Positions 28,869-39,646 are shown, numbered from the stretch's first letter. The stretch is DNA of 64,000 nt from Stenotrophomonas maltophilia (GCA_002364755.1 DEZI01000018.1:7947-71946), one strand, 5' to 3'. The notes: generated from the letters alone by a model not told the origin. Program-made: numbers and translations.

Positions 28869-31686
28869 TTACTTCGCGCCGAAGTCGTACTGCATCTGGG
28901 CGTAGATCGCCCGGCCTTACGGGTTGTAGAGGCTTTCGTTGTACGGCGCGCTGCTGTTGCCGCCGAAGCTGTGGCGCTGGCTCGACGGGTTCTTGTTGAA
29001 CACGTTGTTGACCATCAGCGACAGGGTCAGGTTGTCCATCGCGCGGTAGCTCACGCTCAGGTTGTAGGTGGTGTACGAGCCCCACTTGCCAGCCTTGTAG
29101 CCCGAGGAGTGGACGTAGTCATAGCCTTCGCCCAGGTACGCCATGTAGTTGGGGGTACGGCCGATGTAGTTGTAGTACAGGGTGGTGGTCCACTGGTTCT
29201 TCGCCCAGCCGATCGAACCATCGGCTCGCACCTTGGCGAAGGCCTGGTAGTTCCACATCGCATACGGATGGCGCAGCAGGTCCAGGTAGTCATCGCCGGT
29301 CTGCGGCGGCACTTCGCGCTTGAGGATGTTGGTGTAGTTGCTGGCGAACTGCAGCGAGCCGAAGCGACCAATGTCCTGCACGTACTTGAAGCTGGCGGTC
29401 AGCGCATTGAGGTTCTGGCGTGCCACGTTGAGCTTGGGCGTGTAGATCTGGTCCAGGTTGCCCGACGCATCGCGGGTGACCCAGTCGGCCACGTTCTGCA
29501 GGTGGCGTTGGTGTTGTTGTCCAGGTTGTTGCGGCAGTAGTACTCGGCACGCAGCAGCTGGTCGGAGCTGAGGGTGTCGACCTCGTTCTCGATCTTCCAG
29601 CGGTAGTAATTCACCGACAGCGAGAGGTTGGCCATCGGTGCCCAGACCACGCCGGCGTTCCACACATCGGCGGTGATCGGTTCCAGTTCCGGGCTGCCCG
29701 ACTGCACGCCGAGGGTGGACTGGCCTGCATACGGGCAGCCGACGGTGTAGGCGGGCTCGAAGCCCAGCTGTGCGCAGCGGTAGTAGTCGGTGGCGGCAGT
29801 GTAGAAGCCGCTTTCGCCCTGGAAGGCATCGGGCAACGACGGCGGACGGAACGCGGTGCCGTACTTGCCGCGGAACAGCAGGTTTTCAATCGGACGGAAC
29901 TCGACGCCGATGCTGTACGTCGACTTGTCGACCGTGTTGTCGGCGATCTTGAAGGCGTCGTAGCGGCCCGAACCGGTGACAGTGAGCGAGTCGAGCAGCG
30001 GCAGGCGCAGTTCGCCGGTCACCGCGTAGTTGCTGCGATGGCCGGCGCCGGCCACCGACGTGGTGCCCCAGACATCACCGTTGGGCAGGCGCTCATGCGG
30101 GCTGTAGTCCCAGCCTTCGCTGCCGCCTTCGACGACGATGCCCAGGCCGGCGTCGCCACCGGGCAGGGAGAACAGCCCGCTGTTGGTCAGCTGCACGCGG
30201 CCCAGGTTCTGCCAGGTGCGGCTCTGGTTGTAGGTGTATCCGGTGAAGCTCTGGAATTCGCCTGCCGGCAGCTGTGAGTAGAACGCACCCCAGTTCGGGC
30301 TGTAGATCTTATAGCCATCGTCTGTCTGGCCAAGCACTGGACCGAACACGTTCTGTTCGAAACAGCTGTCGATCGGCCCGGCCCAGCGAGCGAAGCTGCG
30401 CTCGGTCAGTTTGTACTCGCCGCGGCTGAAGCTGGCGCTGTAATCCCAGTTGGTGCCGAAAGTGCCGCGGCCGCCCAGGGTGATCTGGCAGGCCTTGTTG
30501 CGGTTGGTTTCCTGGATGTCACGGTAGCCTTGGCCGCCAATGTCCTCCGGCGCGAACGCGCGCTGCAGGCTCATGTACTGGTCGGTGTCCTGGTCGTAGA
30601 TGTAGCCGAAGCCAGGGCCGGTGCTCCAGAACGTGTAGCCGGAACCGGTGACGTAGTTGATCTCTTCCAAGCTGTAGAGCGCCTCGCCGAACAGTTCGAA
30701 GTTCTCGTTCACCTGGAAGTTGAGCGAGGTGTAGAACTGGCTGCTTTCCTTGCGTTCTTGATGGTGCGGTAGCCGGCGCTGTACTTGGAGCCACACGATT
30801 CGCCCGCGGCACGGGTGCCCAGTTCGGTGGTGCCGCCGAATTGCCCGGCCACGCTGGCGCAGCGGGTCGGGTCCATCATGACGAACGCGTTGTTTTCGGC
30901 AGGCAGGTAGACGAGGAAGTCGTTGGACGGCACCTGCGGCGAGTAGCCGCCAGGGTTGTTTGGTCAGGTCGCGCTGGTAGCCTCAGATCGGACTGGACGT
31001 CTCGTACTGCACGTTGAACAGCGCGTTGAAGCGATCATCGGTGCTGTTGAAGCCCTTGGCCACGCTGACCCGGACGTTGTTGCCGCCGCCCTCGGTGTAG
31101 GCGCCGCCGCGCACGTTGATCGTGCCGCCATCCATGCGCTTCTTCAGGATGATGTTGACCACGCCGGCGATGGCATCGGAGCCGTACAGCGACGACTGGC
31201 CGCCCGGCAGGATCTCGATGCGCTCGACGATGTCGATCGGGATGCCGCTGATGTTGTTGAAGGCGTCGCTGCCGTTGTACAGCGCCGGGTACTGCAGCAT
31301 CGGGCGACCGTTGATCAGGTACTTGGTGTAGCCCGGATCCAGGCCGAACATGCCGGCCGCTTCGGCACACCCTGGGTGAAGGCCGCGGAGGACTGGCCGC
31401 CCTGCAGGCCGCCGGTGGTCAGCGAGGATTGCTGCAGGACTTCGGCGATGCTGGTGAAGCCGCGGGTCTGGATGTCCTCGGCGGTGACGGTCAGCACCGG
31501 GGTGTGGTTTTCCACCTTGGTCTGCGGGATGAGCGAACCGGTGACGGTCACGCGACCGAGGTCGGTGGTCTCCCTGCTGTCCTGGGCGAAGGCGGGAAGG
31601 GCGGTGGCGAGCAGGCTGCCGAACAGCGCGAGCGAGAGCGGGTGGCGGACGACATTGGTGGACAACGAGTCATTGCTATATCCCAT
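28869..31686 (-). pseudogene. TonB-dependent receptor pseudogene (4 frameshifts, 2 nonsense codons)
   Basis: Collinear fragments run from MGYSN..LGRVTVTGSLI through IEILPGGQSSLYGSDAIAGVVNI to YNP*GRAIYAQMQYDFGAK. Lesions near 31368, 30984, 30960, 30753, 29498 and 28918. Confidence 0.9.
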
Positions 31687-31689
31687 CCA

Positions 31690-31990
31690 TTAAGCAATGC
31701 AGGCAGTCCCCGGTGCCGGGGCATTCAATCAGCTTCAGTTTCCAAGTTGTGGGGCCGAACATAACACGGCATTAACGTTAATGGTACGAGGTCCTAAGAA
31801 ATCTTTGTGTTTTGTGAATAATTTCTGGGTAAATTCAACGAGATGGGCATTTATTTAAAGCTGTCTTAATAATGTATTTACTTATTCTTAACTATTGAAT
31901 TTAAAATGAGCACTGCGTTTCACCCAAAAGCAGTCGTCTGAATTACCGCTGCCAGTAGATTCTGTTGAAGCTGTATTCCGCGCGCAGCAG
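31690..31990. promoter_or_regulatory. AT-rich divergent promoter region (TBDR cluster / apbC)
   Basis: Visibly AT-rich against a GC-rich background; contains the perfect palindrome CATTAACGTTAATG at 31770-31783. Confidence 0.55.
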
Positions 31991-32095
31991 GTGTTCGGTG
32001 CTGGTTGGCTACGCGCGCAGGACGGCAGGGCTGCGCCTGGCTGAACTTGTATGATGGGAGGTTGCCCGCCCCATGAACCGCTTCCGGAGTCCGCA

Positions 32096-32950
32096 GTGAA
32101 CAGCCCCGCCCGTCGTCCCCATGCCAGCCAGGTGCAGAAGGGCCTTTCGCCCCATGCGCGCATCCGTAACGTGATCGCGGTGGGATCGGGCAAGGGGGGC
32201 GTGGGCAAGTCCACCACCTCGGTGAATCTGGCCGTCGCGCTGCAGCAGCTCGGTGCCCGCGTGGGCGTGCTCGACGCCGATATCTACGGCCCCAGCGTGC
32301 CGGCCATGCTCGGCCTCTCCGGCCGCCCGGAAAGCCCGGACAACAAGAGCATCGAGCCGATGCGTGCGTTCGGCGTGGACACCATGTCCATCGGCTACCT
32401 GGTGGAAGACGAGACGCCGCTGATCATGCGCGCGCCGCGGGCGACCGCCGCCCTGACCCAGCTGTTCGAAGACACGCTGTGGGACGATCTGGACTACCTG
32501 CTGATCGACCTGCCGCCGGGCACCGGTGACATCCAGCTGACCCTGGTGCAGAAGATTCCGCTGGCCGGTGCGGTCATCGTCACCACGCCGCAGGACATCG
32601 CCACGCTGGATGCGAAGAAGGCGCTGAAGATGTTCGAGAAGGTGGAGGTGCCGGTGCTGGGCATCGTCGAGAACATGGCCGTGCACACCTGCAGCAACTG
32701 CGGCCACATCGAGCACCTGTTCGGCGAGGGCGGCGGCGAGCGCATGGCCGTGCAGTACGGCGTGCCGCTGCTGGGGTCGCTGCCGCTGCAGATCGACATC
32801 CGCGAACAGGGGGATGCCGGCAACCCGATCACCGTCGTCCAGCCCCAGTCGACCGCGGCCCAGGCCTACCGCCGCGCCGCCGAGCGCCTGGTGGAGGAGG
32901 TGGGCAAGCGCCCGCGTGCCTCGATCCAGATCCTGTCCTCGCTGCTGTAA
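32096..32950 (+). CDS. apbC: Mrp/ApbC iron-sulfur cluster carrier ATPase
   Basis: GSGKGGVGKST, DADIYGPS, DLPPGTGD and ENMAVHTCSNC. Confidence 0.9.
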   Translation: MNSPARRPHASQVQKGLSPHARIRNVIAVGSGKGGVGKSTTSVNLAVALQQLGARVGVLDADIYGPSVPAMLGLSGRPESPDNKSIEPMRAFGVDTMSIGYLVEDETPLIMRAPRATAALTQLFEDTLWDDLDYLLIDLPPGTGDIQLTLVQKIPLAGAVIVTTPQDIATLDAKKALKMFEKVEVPVLGIVENMAVHTCSNCGHIEHLFGEGGGERMAVQYGVPLLGSLPLQIDIREQGDAGNPITVVQPQSTAAQAYRRAAERLVEEVGKRPRASIQILSSLL

Positions 32951-33029
32951 GGCCAGGCCTGCGGGGCTGCGGCGTGCGTGCCCGGCCCCCTGCTAGAATC
33001 CACGCGCCCCCTCGTACCCAGGACAGAGC

Positions 33030-33602
33030 ATGAGCATCAAGAGTGACCGTTGGATCCGCCGTATGTCCGAGCAGCACGGCATGATCGAGCCGTTCGAGGC
33101 CGGGCAGGTGAAGCACGCCAACGGCGAGCGCATCGTCAGCTACGGCACCTCCAGCTATGGTTACGACGTGCGCTGCTCGCGCGAGTTCAAGGTGTTCACC
33201 AACATCAACTCCACGATCGTCGACCCCAAGCACTTCGACCCGGGCAGCTTCGTCGACATCGTCGGTGATGAGTGCATCATCCCGCCGAACAGCTTCGCGC
33301 TGGCGCGTACGGTGGAGTACTTCCGCATTCCGCGCGACACCCTGGTGGTGTGCCTGGGCAAGAGCACCTATGCCCGCTGCGGCATCATCGTCAACGTGAC
33401 CCCGTTGGAACCGGAGTGGGAAGGCCACGTCACCCTGGAATTCAGCAACACCACGCCGCTGCCGGCGCGCATCTACGCCAACGAAGGCGTGGCCCAGATG
33501 CTGTTCTTCCAGGCCGCGGCCGACGACGTCTGCGAGACCTCGTACAAGGACCGCGGTGGCAAGTACCAGGGCCAGACCGGCGTGACCCTGCCGCGCACCT
33601 GA
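33030..33602 (+). CDS. dcd: dCTP deaminase
   Basis: [28 protein letters not shown] and PLEPEWEG. Confidence 0.95.
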   Translation: MSIKSDRWIRRMSEQHGMIEPFEAGQVKHANGERIVSYGTSSYGYDVRCSREFKVFTNINSTIVDPKHFDPGSFVDIVGDECIIPPNSFALARTVEYFRIPRDTLVVCLGKSTYARCGIIVNVTPLEPEWEGHVTLEFSNTTPLPARIYANEGVAQMLFFQAAADDVCETSYKDRGGKYQGQTGVTLPRT

Positions 33603-33612
33603 TCAACATATC

Positions 33613-33686
33613 GGTAGCGCCGGGCCATGCCCGGCGTTTTCGTATGGGCCGCGTGGTGCATTCGCCGGGCATGGCCCGGCGCTACC
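33613..33686. repeat. Inverted REP doublet
   Basis: GGTAGCGCCGGGCCATGCCCGGCG ... CGCCGGGCATGGCCCGGCGCTACC. Confidence 0.85.
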
Positions 33687-33687
33687 T

Positions 33688-33855
33688 TTATTTGCCGCGT
33701 CCGAACAGCATCGCGATGCCGACGCCGACCAGGCCGACCGGCCACCAGGTCAGGAACAGCTTGGACAGGTTCAGGTGCGTCCAGCCCAAGTTGCTGGCGA
33801 GCATGAACAAGCCGATCAGGATCAGCAGGATGGCGGCGACGAGATTGAAGCGCAT
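33688..33855 (-). CDS. 55-aa membrane protein (DUF5668 / LiaI-LiaF-like TM hairpin); absent from the ORF track
   Basis: Manual translation MRFNLVAAILLILIGLFMLASNLGWTHLNLSKLFLTWWPVGLVGVGIAMLFGRGK; WWP motif; follows the HIT gene on the same strand. Confidence 0.8.
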   Translation of the reverse strand: MRFNLVAAILLILIGLFMLASNLGWTHLNLSKLFLTWWPVGLVGVGIAMLFGRGK

Positions 33856-33870
33856 CGGGTCGTCAAAGGC

Positions 33871-34293
33871 TCAGGGGTGGGCCGGATATCCTAGCCGTTC
33901 CTTCCAGTAGGCGACATGCTGGTCCAGTGCGGCCGGCTCGTAGCGGTGCGCCGGACCACTGCCCCAGACGGGCCCCGGCCACGCCGGATCGCCGTCGTGG
34001 CGGCCGATCACGTGGAAATGCAGCTGGCGCACGATGTTGCCCAGCGCGCCGATGTTGATCTTCTCCACCCCGTCCGTGCCGTGCAGGGCCTTGCAGGCGC
34101 GGTTGAGTTCGGTGCGCAGCTTGTCCTGCTGCTCGCCGTCCAGCTCGATCCATTCGGTGATCCCGGCCAGGCGCGGCACCAGCACCAGCCAGGGGAACCG
34201 TTCGTCGTTCATCAACCGCACTTGCGACAACGGGCCTTCTGCTACCAGGACGCTGTCGGTGGCCAGGCGTGAATCCAGTTCAAAATCGCTCAT
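33871..34293 (-). CDS. HIT family protein
   Basis: FPWLVLVPR and NIGALGNIVRQLHFHVIGR. Confidence 0.9.
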   Translation of the reverse strand: MSDFELDSRLATDSVLVAEGPLSQVRLMNDERFPWLVLVPRLAGITEWIELDGEQQDKLRTELNRACKALHGTDGVEKINIGALGNIVRQLHFHVIGRHDGDPAWPGPVWGSGPAHRYEPAALDQHVAYWKERLGYPAHP

Positions 34294-34961
34294 CCAAGAT
34301 GCTCCGTGAAGAAGTCCAGGGTGCGTTGCAGCGCCAGGGCGGCGCTGTCTGGATCATACGCATGTCCGACCTCCCGGTTGAAGGCGTGGTCGGCTGGATA
34401 GACGTAGGTGGCCATCTGCGGCAGCTTTTCGCGGTGGGCCTGCACGGCTTCCGGTGGGATGCTCTTGTCCTGGGCGCCGAAGTGGAAGATCACCGGCGCC
34501 TTGGGCGTTTCGTCGAGGAAACTGACGTTGCGGCCGCCGTAGTAGCTGGCCGAGGGCAGGCCCAGGCGCATCGCCGCCAGCAGGGCCACGCTGCCGCCCC
34601 AGCAGTAGCCGACGGTGCCGACCTTGCCATGGGGGGCCAAGCGCGTCGCTGCGGCGCGGACCACTTCCAGCGCCTTCTCCATGCCCAGGGTGTTGACCCG
34701 CTCCAGGCCGTCCTTCACGCCATCGGGGCTGTAGGGCAGGGCATCGGGGTCGGATTCCGGGCCATCGACCAGGTCGAAGAACGACGGCGCCAGCACGGCG
34801 TAGCCTTCGGCGGCGAAGCGCTCGGCCACCCCGCGCATGTGCGCGTTGACCCCGAAGATTTCCTGTATGACCACCAGCGCCGCGCGCGGCTTGCCCTCGG
34901 GCAGGACCTGCCAGGCGCGGACCGGGCCATGATGCGTATCCAGGGTGATCCATTCGGACAT
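34290..34961 (-). CDS. Dienelactone hydrolase family protein
   Basis: [15 protein letters not shown] nucleophile and YPADHAFN. Confidence 0.92.
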   Translation of the reverse strand: MSEWITLDTHHGPVRAWQVLPEGKPRAALVVIQEIFGVNAHMRGVAERFAAEGYAVLAPSFFDLVDGPESDPDALPYSPDGVKDGLERVNTLGMEKALEVVRAAATRLAPHGKVGTVGYCWGGSVALLAAMRLGLPSASYYGGRNVSFLDETPKAPVIFHFGAQDKSIPPEAVQAHREKLPQMATYVYPADHAFNREVGHAYDPDSAALALQRTLDFFTEHLG

Positions 34962-35166
34962 CGTCGGGTACCTCGTTGCAGGGGACAGGCCTGCATTGTC
35001 GACGCTGGCCGGGTTAGCGGCGTGTCAGCGGCTGTGCCCGATCAGGCGGCTGGCCGTTCAGAGCCCCGCCACCAACCCCGTTATACTGGCGCCCTTTCAG
35101 GCCCCGGCCCCCAGGACCCCCTGCCATGTCGGCAGGGGCCCAGGCCCCCAGAGTCCCGCGATTTCC

Positions 35167-36528
35167 ATGTCCCAGCTGAACCCCAAAGTCGGCTTCGTCA
35201 GCCTTGGCTGCCCGAAGGCCCTTGTCGATTCCGAGCGCATCCTCACCCAGCTCCGCTCGGAAGGTTATGACATCGTCCCGTCCTACGATTCGGCCGACGT
35301 GGTGGTGGTCAACACCTGCGGCTTCATCGATTCGGCGGTGACCGAATCGCTGGACGCCATCGGCGAGGCGATGAACCAGAACGGCAAGGTCATCGTCACC
35401 GGCTGCCTGGGCAAGCGCCCGGAGCAGATCCGCGAGGCGTATCCGAACGTGCTGGCGGTGTCCGGCCCGCAGGACTACCAGAGCGTGATGGAAGCGGTGC
35501 ACGAAGCGCTGCCGCCCAGGCACGATCCCTTCGTGGACCTTGTACCGGACTACGGAGTGAAGCTGACCCCGCGCCATTACGCTTACCTGAAGATTTCCGA
35601 GGGCTGCAACCACACGTGCAGCTTCTGCATCATCCCGTCGATGCGCGGCAAGCTGGTCTCGCGCCCGGTGGATGAGGTGCTGCGCGAAGCCGAGCGCCTG
35701 GTGCGCGGCGGCGTGCGCGAGCTGCTGGTGGTTTCGCAGGACACCTCGGCGTACGGCGTGGACGTGAAATACGCCGAGAAGATGTGGCGCGACAAGGCCT
35801 ACCAGACCCGCCTGAAGGCGCTGTGCGAAGGCCTGTCCGAACTCGATGCCTGGGTGCGCATGCACTACGTCTACCCGTACCCGCACGTGGACGAAGTGGT
35901 GCCGCTGATGGCGGAGAACCGCATCCTGCCGTACCTGGACATCCCGTTCCAGCACGCCAGCCCGCGCATTCTGCGCCTGATGAAGCGCCCCGGTGCGGTC
36001 GAGAAGACCCTCGAACGCGTGCAGAACTGGCGCCGCATCGCCCCGGACATAACCGTGCGTTCGACCTTCATCGTCGGCTTCCCGGGCGAGACCGAGGCCG
36101 AGTTCGAAGAACTGCTGTCGTTCCTGGACGAAGCACAGCTGGACCGCGTGGGCGCGTTCGCCTATTCGCCGGTCGAGGGTGCCACCGCCAACGACCTGCC
36201 CGATGCCGTGCCGGAAGAAGTGAAGCAGGAGCGCCTGGCCCGCTTCATGGAGAAGCAGGCGCAGATTTCCGCCGCGCGCCTGGAAGCCAAGATCGGCACC
36301 GTGCAGCAGTGCCTGGTCGATGCCATCGAAGGCGATATCGCCGTGGCCCGTTCGAAGGCCGATGCGCCGGAGATCGACGGCCTGGTGCACATCCAGAACG
36401 CCGACCAGGTGCCGCTGCGCGTGGGCGAGTTCGTCGATGTGGAGATCACCGAGAGCGACGAGCACGATCTGTACGGTGATGCGCTGCCCAGCGCCACGCG
36501 TCCGGCGTTCGACCTCAAGGTGCTGTGA
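35167..36528 (+). CDS. rimO: Ribosomal protein S12 methylthiotransferase RimO
   Basis: [12 protein letters not shown], radical-SAM motif CNHTCSFC and a TRAM domain (DAPEIDG). Confidence 0.95.
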   Translation: MSQLNPKVGFVSLGCPKALVDSERILTQLRSEGYDIVPSYDSADVVVVNTCGFIDSAVTESLDAIGEAMNQNGKVIVTGCLGKRPEQIREAYPNVLAVSGPQDYQSVMEAVHEALPPRHDPFVDLVPDYGVKLTPRHYAYLKISEGCNHTCSFCIIPSMRGKLVSRPVDEVLREAERLVRGGVRELLVVSQDTSAYGVDVKYAEKMWRDKAYQTRLKALCEGLSELDAWVRMHYVYPYPHVDEVVPLMAENRILPYLDIPFQHASPRILRLMKRPGAVEKTLERVQNWRRIAPDITVRSTFIVGFPGETEAEFEELLSFLDEAQLDRVGAFAYSPVEGATANDLPDAVPEEVKQERLARFMEKQAQISAARLEAKIGTVQQCLVDAIEGDIAVARSKADAPEIDGLVHIQNADQVPLRVGEFVDVEITESDEHDLYGDALPSATRPAFDLKVL

Positions 36529-37358
36529 CCGCAGCGACGGCCGCCGGCGGCGACGCAGGCGGCCCTCGTCGCTTCATCCCGCCGCTGCGTGCGGCGGTCG
36601 ATGCGCGGGTGTTCGAGCATCCGCTGTTCGAAGGCGTGCGCGGCTTTGCCGATCTGCTGGCGGGACCGGGTTGGCCGACCGTCGCCGCGCTCGATGCCCG
36701 GCTGGCCCTGCCCGGGCTGCAGCTGGTCGAGCAGGATGCCGCGCTGATGGCCGATGGCCTGCACTACGAAATCCGCATCACCCAGGGGCGCCTCGCGACC
36801 CGCGCGGACAACTGGCACGACCTGTTCAACGCGCTGGTCTGGGCCAGCCTGCTGCCGCTGAAGCGTGCCCTCAATCTGCAGCAGTGCCGGCACATCGTGG
36901 CGATGGCGCCCGGCCAGCGCAACCGCGCACAGGCCGCGCTGACGCAGTTCGATGAAACCGGCGTGGTCGTGCAGGTGCGCGATGCGGCCGTGCTGGCCGC
37001 GTGGGATGCGCATGACTGGCGCGCACTGTTCGATCCTTCGCACTGGCAGGGCGGTGGCATCGCTGTGGTGGCGGTGTTCGGCCATGCGCTGATGGAGCAG
37101 GCGCTGCTGCCGGGCCGGCTGCTGGTCGGCAAATGCGTGGTGGTGCAGGGCGATGGTGAAGCAGGCTGCATCGAGACGGTCAGCCGAGCCATCGACGAGG
37201 GCAGGGTGCTGGGCGATCCGCTGCAGCTGCGGCCGCTGCCGCTGGCCGGTATTCCCGGTTGGCATGAGATGCAGGATGCCGCCTTCTACCGCAACGCCGA
37301 TTACTTCCGCCCGCTGCGCGTCGGCCGCCACTACCCGCCGCCGCTGATGATTTTGTAG
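36525..37358 (+). CDS. DUF3025 family protein
   Basis: [30 protein letters not shown] and [10 protein letters not shown]. Confidence 0.8.
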   Translation: MTAATAAGGDAGGPRRFIPPLRAAVDARVFEHPLFEGVRGFADLLAGPGWPTVAALDARLALPGLQLVEQDAALMADGLHYEIRITQGRLATRADNWHDLFNALVWASLLPLKRALNLQQCRHIVAMAPGQRNRAQAALTQFDETGVVVQVRDAAVLAAWDAHDWRALFDPSHWQGGGIAVVAVFGHALMEQALLPGRLLVGKCVVVQGDGEAGCIETVSRAIDEGRVLGDPLQLRPLPLAGIPGWHEMQDAAFYRNADYFRPLRVGRHYPPPLMIL

Positions 37359-37413
37359 AGCAGAGCCCATGCTCGGCTGCTGTGCATTCAGCCGAGCATG
37401 GGCTCGGCTCTAC
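37355..37413. repeat. Inverted REP doublet supplying both flanking stop codons
   Basis: GTAGAGCAGAGCCCATGCTCGGCTG ... CAGCCGAGCATGGGCTCGGCTCTAC. Confidence 0.85.
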
Positions 37414-37916
37414 ACAGAGGCGTACTCCACCCCGATCACCGCGAACGTGAACTGCCCACCGGGCAGCTCCACAGCGAACTCGTCATCGATGCGCTTCTTC
37501 AGCAGCGCGCGCGCCAGTGGCGAATCGATACTGATCCAGCCCAGCCCTGCATCGGTCTCGTCCGGGCCGACGATGCGATAGCGGCTGGTCTCGCCACTCT
37601 CCACGTTCTCAAGCTCCACCCACGCACCGAAGAACACCGCCTGCGGATCGGTCGGCGTGGTGTCGACCACGCGCAGCGATTCCAGGCGCTTGGTCAGGTA
37701 GCGCACACGGCGGTCGATCTCGCCAAGCTGTTTCTTGCGGTAGGTGTACTCGGCATTTTCCGAGCGGTCGCCTTCGGCAGCAGCCGCGGCCAGCGCCTTC
37801 ACCACCTCGGGGCGGCGCACCCGCCACAGGTCATCCAGCTCGGCTTTCAACCGGGCGTGGCCGGCGGCAGTGATCAGGGCAGTGCTTTTTTCTGCGGGGG
37901 GACGCCAGCGGGACAT
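37410..37916 (-). CDS. greB: Transcription elongation factor GreB
   Basis: [21 protein letters not shown] and [12 protein letters not shown]. Confidence 0.93.
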   Translation of the reverse strand: MSRWRPPAEKSTALITAAGHARLKAELDDLWRVRRPEVVKALAAAAAEGDRSENAEYTYRKKQLGEIDRRVRYLTKRLESLRVVDTTPTDPQAVFFGAWVELENVESGETSRYRIVGPDETDAGLGWISIDSPLARALLKKRIDDEFAVELPGGQFTFAVIGVEYASV

Positions 37917-37953
37917 GCAATACGACTTCTTTTCAGGATGACGAACAGGGAGT

Positions 37954-38005
37954 GGGGTCGGAGCCCGGGGTCAGATCCCTTTCCAGCGGAAAGGGCTCTG
38001 ACCCC
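37954..38005. repeat. GGGGTC(A/G)GA-type palindromic element
   Basis: GGGGTCAGATCCCTTT...AAAGGGCTCTGACCCC; related to 20098-20138. Confidence 0.7.
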
Positions 38006-38017
38006 AGCAATGGCAGA

Positions 38018-39523
38018 TCAGCGCTTGCCGCCGAAAATGCCACCAAGGATGCCGCGCACGATCTGGTTGCCCAGCTTGGTGCCGACCGTGCGCGTGGTCT
38101 GCTTGGCCATGGTTTCGATCATGCCCTGGCGGCGCTTGGTGCCGAAGATCGCGTCCTTGATCGACTGGCCGAAGCCGCCTTCCTGGGCGTCGTCCTGCTC
38201 GCGGCTGCGCGCGGCCGGGGCCGCAGCCCGCTCGGTGGCCTTCTGCGCGCGCTGGGCCAGCAGTTCGGCGGCCGATTCGCGGTTCACCGCAGTGTCGTAG
38301 CGGGTACCGACCGGGCTGCCCGCACGCACCTGCGCGCGCTCGGCCTCGGTGATCGGCCCCATCCGGCAGCGCGGCGGGGCGATCATCGTCTGCTGCACCG
38401 GCATCGGCACGCCCTTGTCCTGCAGCGTGGACACCAGCGCTTCGCCGGTACCCAGCTGGCTGAGCACTTTTGCCACGTCCAGCTTCGGGTTGGGTACGAA
38501 GGTCTCGGCAGCGGTCTTCACCGCCTTCTGGTCGCGCGGGGTGAAGGCGCGCAGCGCGTGCTGCACGCGGTTGCCGAGCTGGCCCAGAATGTTGCCCGGC
38601 ACGTCGTCAGGGAACTGCGAGCAGAAATACACGCCCACGCCCTTGGAGCGGATCAGCCGCACCACCTGCTCGATGCGCTGCACCAGCGAGGCCGGCGCAT
38701 CGTCGAACAGCAGGTGGGCCTCGTCGAAGATGAAGACCAGCTTGGGCTTTTCCAGATCGCCCACTTCAGGCAGCTGCTCGAACAGTTCCGACAGCAGCCA
38801 CAGCAGGAAGGTGGAATAGAGCTTGGGCTTGAGCACCAGCTGATCGGCGGCGAGGATGCCGACCACGCCACGGCCGTCGTGATTGACCCGCATGAGGTCG
38901 GCCAGTTCCACCGCCGGTTCGCCGAAGAAGCCTTCGCCGCCGTCCTGGGCCAGGCGCAGCACCGAGCGCTGGATGGCCGCGATCGACTGTGCGCTGACCA
39001 GGCCGTACTCGGTGGAGATGTCCTTGCGCTCCTCCGCCACCAGGCCGAGCAGGGCGCGCAGGTCATCCATGTCCAGCAGCAGAAGGCCGCGGTCGTCGGC
39101 CAGCTTGAAGACGATGTCGAGCACGCCAGCCTGGGTGTCGTTCAATTCCAGGATGCGCGCCAGCAGGGTCGGGCCCATCTCGCTGATGGTGGTACGCACC
39201 GGGTGGCCGAGCTTGCCGTACAGATCCCAGAACACGGTGGGGCTGCCGGCCGGGGCGTAGTCGGCCACGCCGATCTCGGCGGCGCGCTGCAGCAGGGCAT
39301 CGGCACCGCTGCCGGGTACGGCCAGGCCGGACACATCGCCCTTCACATCGGCCAGGAACACCGGCACGCCCAGCCGCGAGAAGCCCTCGGCCAGGGTCAT
39401 CAGGGTCACGGTCTTGCCGGTGCCGGTGGCGCCGGCCACCAGGCCATGGCGGTTGCCGAGTTTCGGCAGCAGGGTCACAGCCACATCGTCGGTGATGCCT
39501 TTGCCGAGCAGAATCGGATCCAT
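38018..39523 (-). CDS. DUF853 / HerA-like P-loop ATPase (YjgR family)
   Basis: NRHGLVAGATGTGKT, FIFDEAH, RLIRSKGVG and QLGNRVQHALRAF. Confidence 0.88.
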   Translation of the reverse strand: MDPILLGKGITDDVAVTLLPKLGNRHGLVAGATGTGKTVTLMTLAEGFSRLGVPVFLADVKGDVSGLAVPGSGADALLQRAAEIGVADYAPAGSPTVFWDLYGKLGHPVRTTISEMGPTLLARILELNDTQAGVLDIVFKLADDRGLLLLDMDDLRALLGLVAEERKDISTEYGLVSAQSIAAIQRSVLRLAQDGGEGFFGEPAVELADLMRVNHDGRGVVGILAADQLVLKPKLYSTFLLWLLSELFEQLPEVGDLEKPKLVFIFDEAHLLFDDAPASLVQRIEQVVRLIRSKGVGVYFCSQFPDDVPGNILGQLGNRVQHALRAFTPRDQKAVKTAAETFVPNPKLDVAKVLSQLGTGEALVSTLQDKGVPMPVQQTMIAPPRCRMGPITEAERAQVRAGSPVGTRYDTAVNRESAAELLAQRAQKATERAAAPAARSREQDDAQEGGFGQSIKDAIFGTKRRQGMIETMAKQTTRTVGTKLGNQIVRGILGGIFGGKR

Positions 39524-39646
39524 GGTCCAGCCCTTGTGGTGAATGCGCCCAATGTTAACCGCCGACGGTGGCGGGCCGATGGCCGGGTTGCCCGGACCTT
39601 GGCGGCACCGCTACTCTGCCTGCCTGTTTCGCACACAGTGCCACCA

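Noticed and set aside
28869..31686. Programmed frameshifting or phase variation in the broken TBDR
   Set aside because: There are too many independent lesions, including nonsense codons, and they do not sit in long simple-repeat tracts.
37952..39646. Apparent 1100-aa transglycosylase
   Set aside because: The N-terminal extension is the antisense of the DUF853 gene. The signal peptide starts near 39647.
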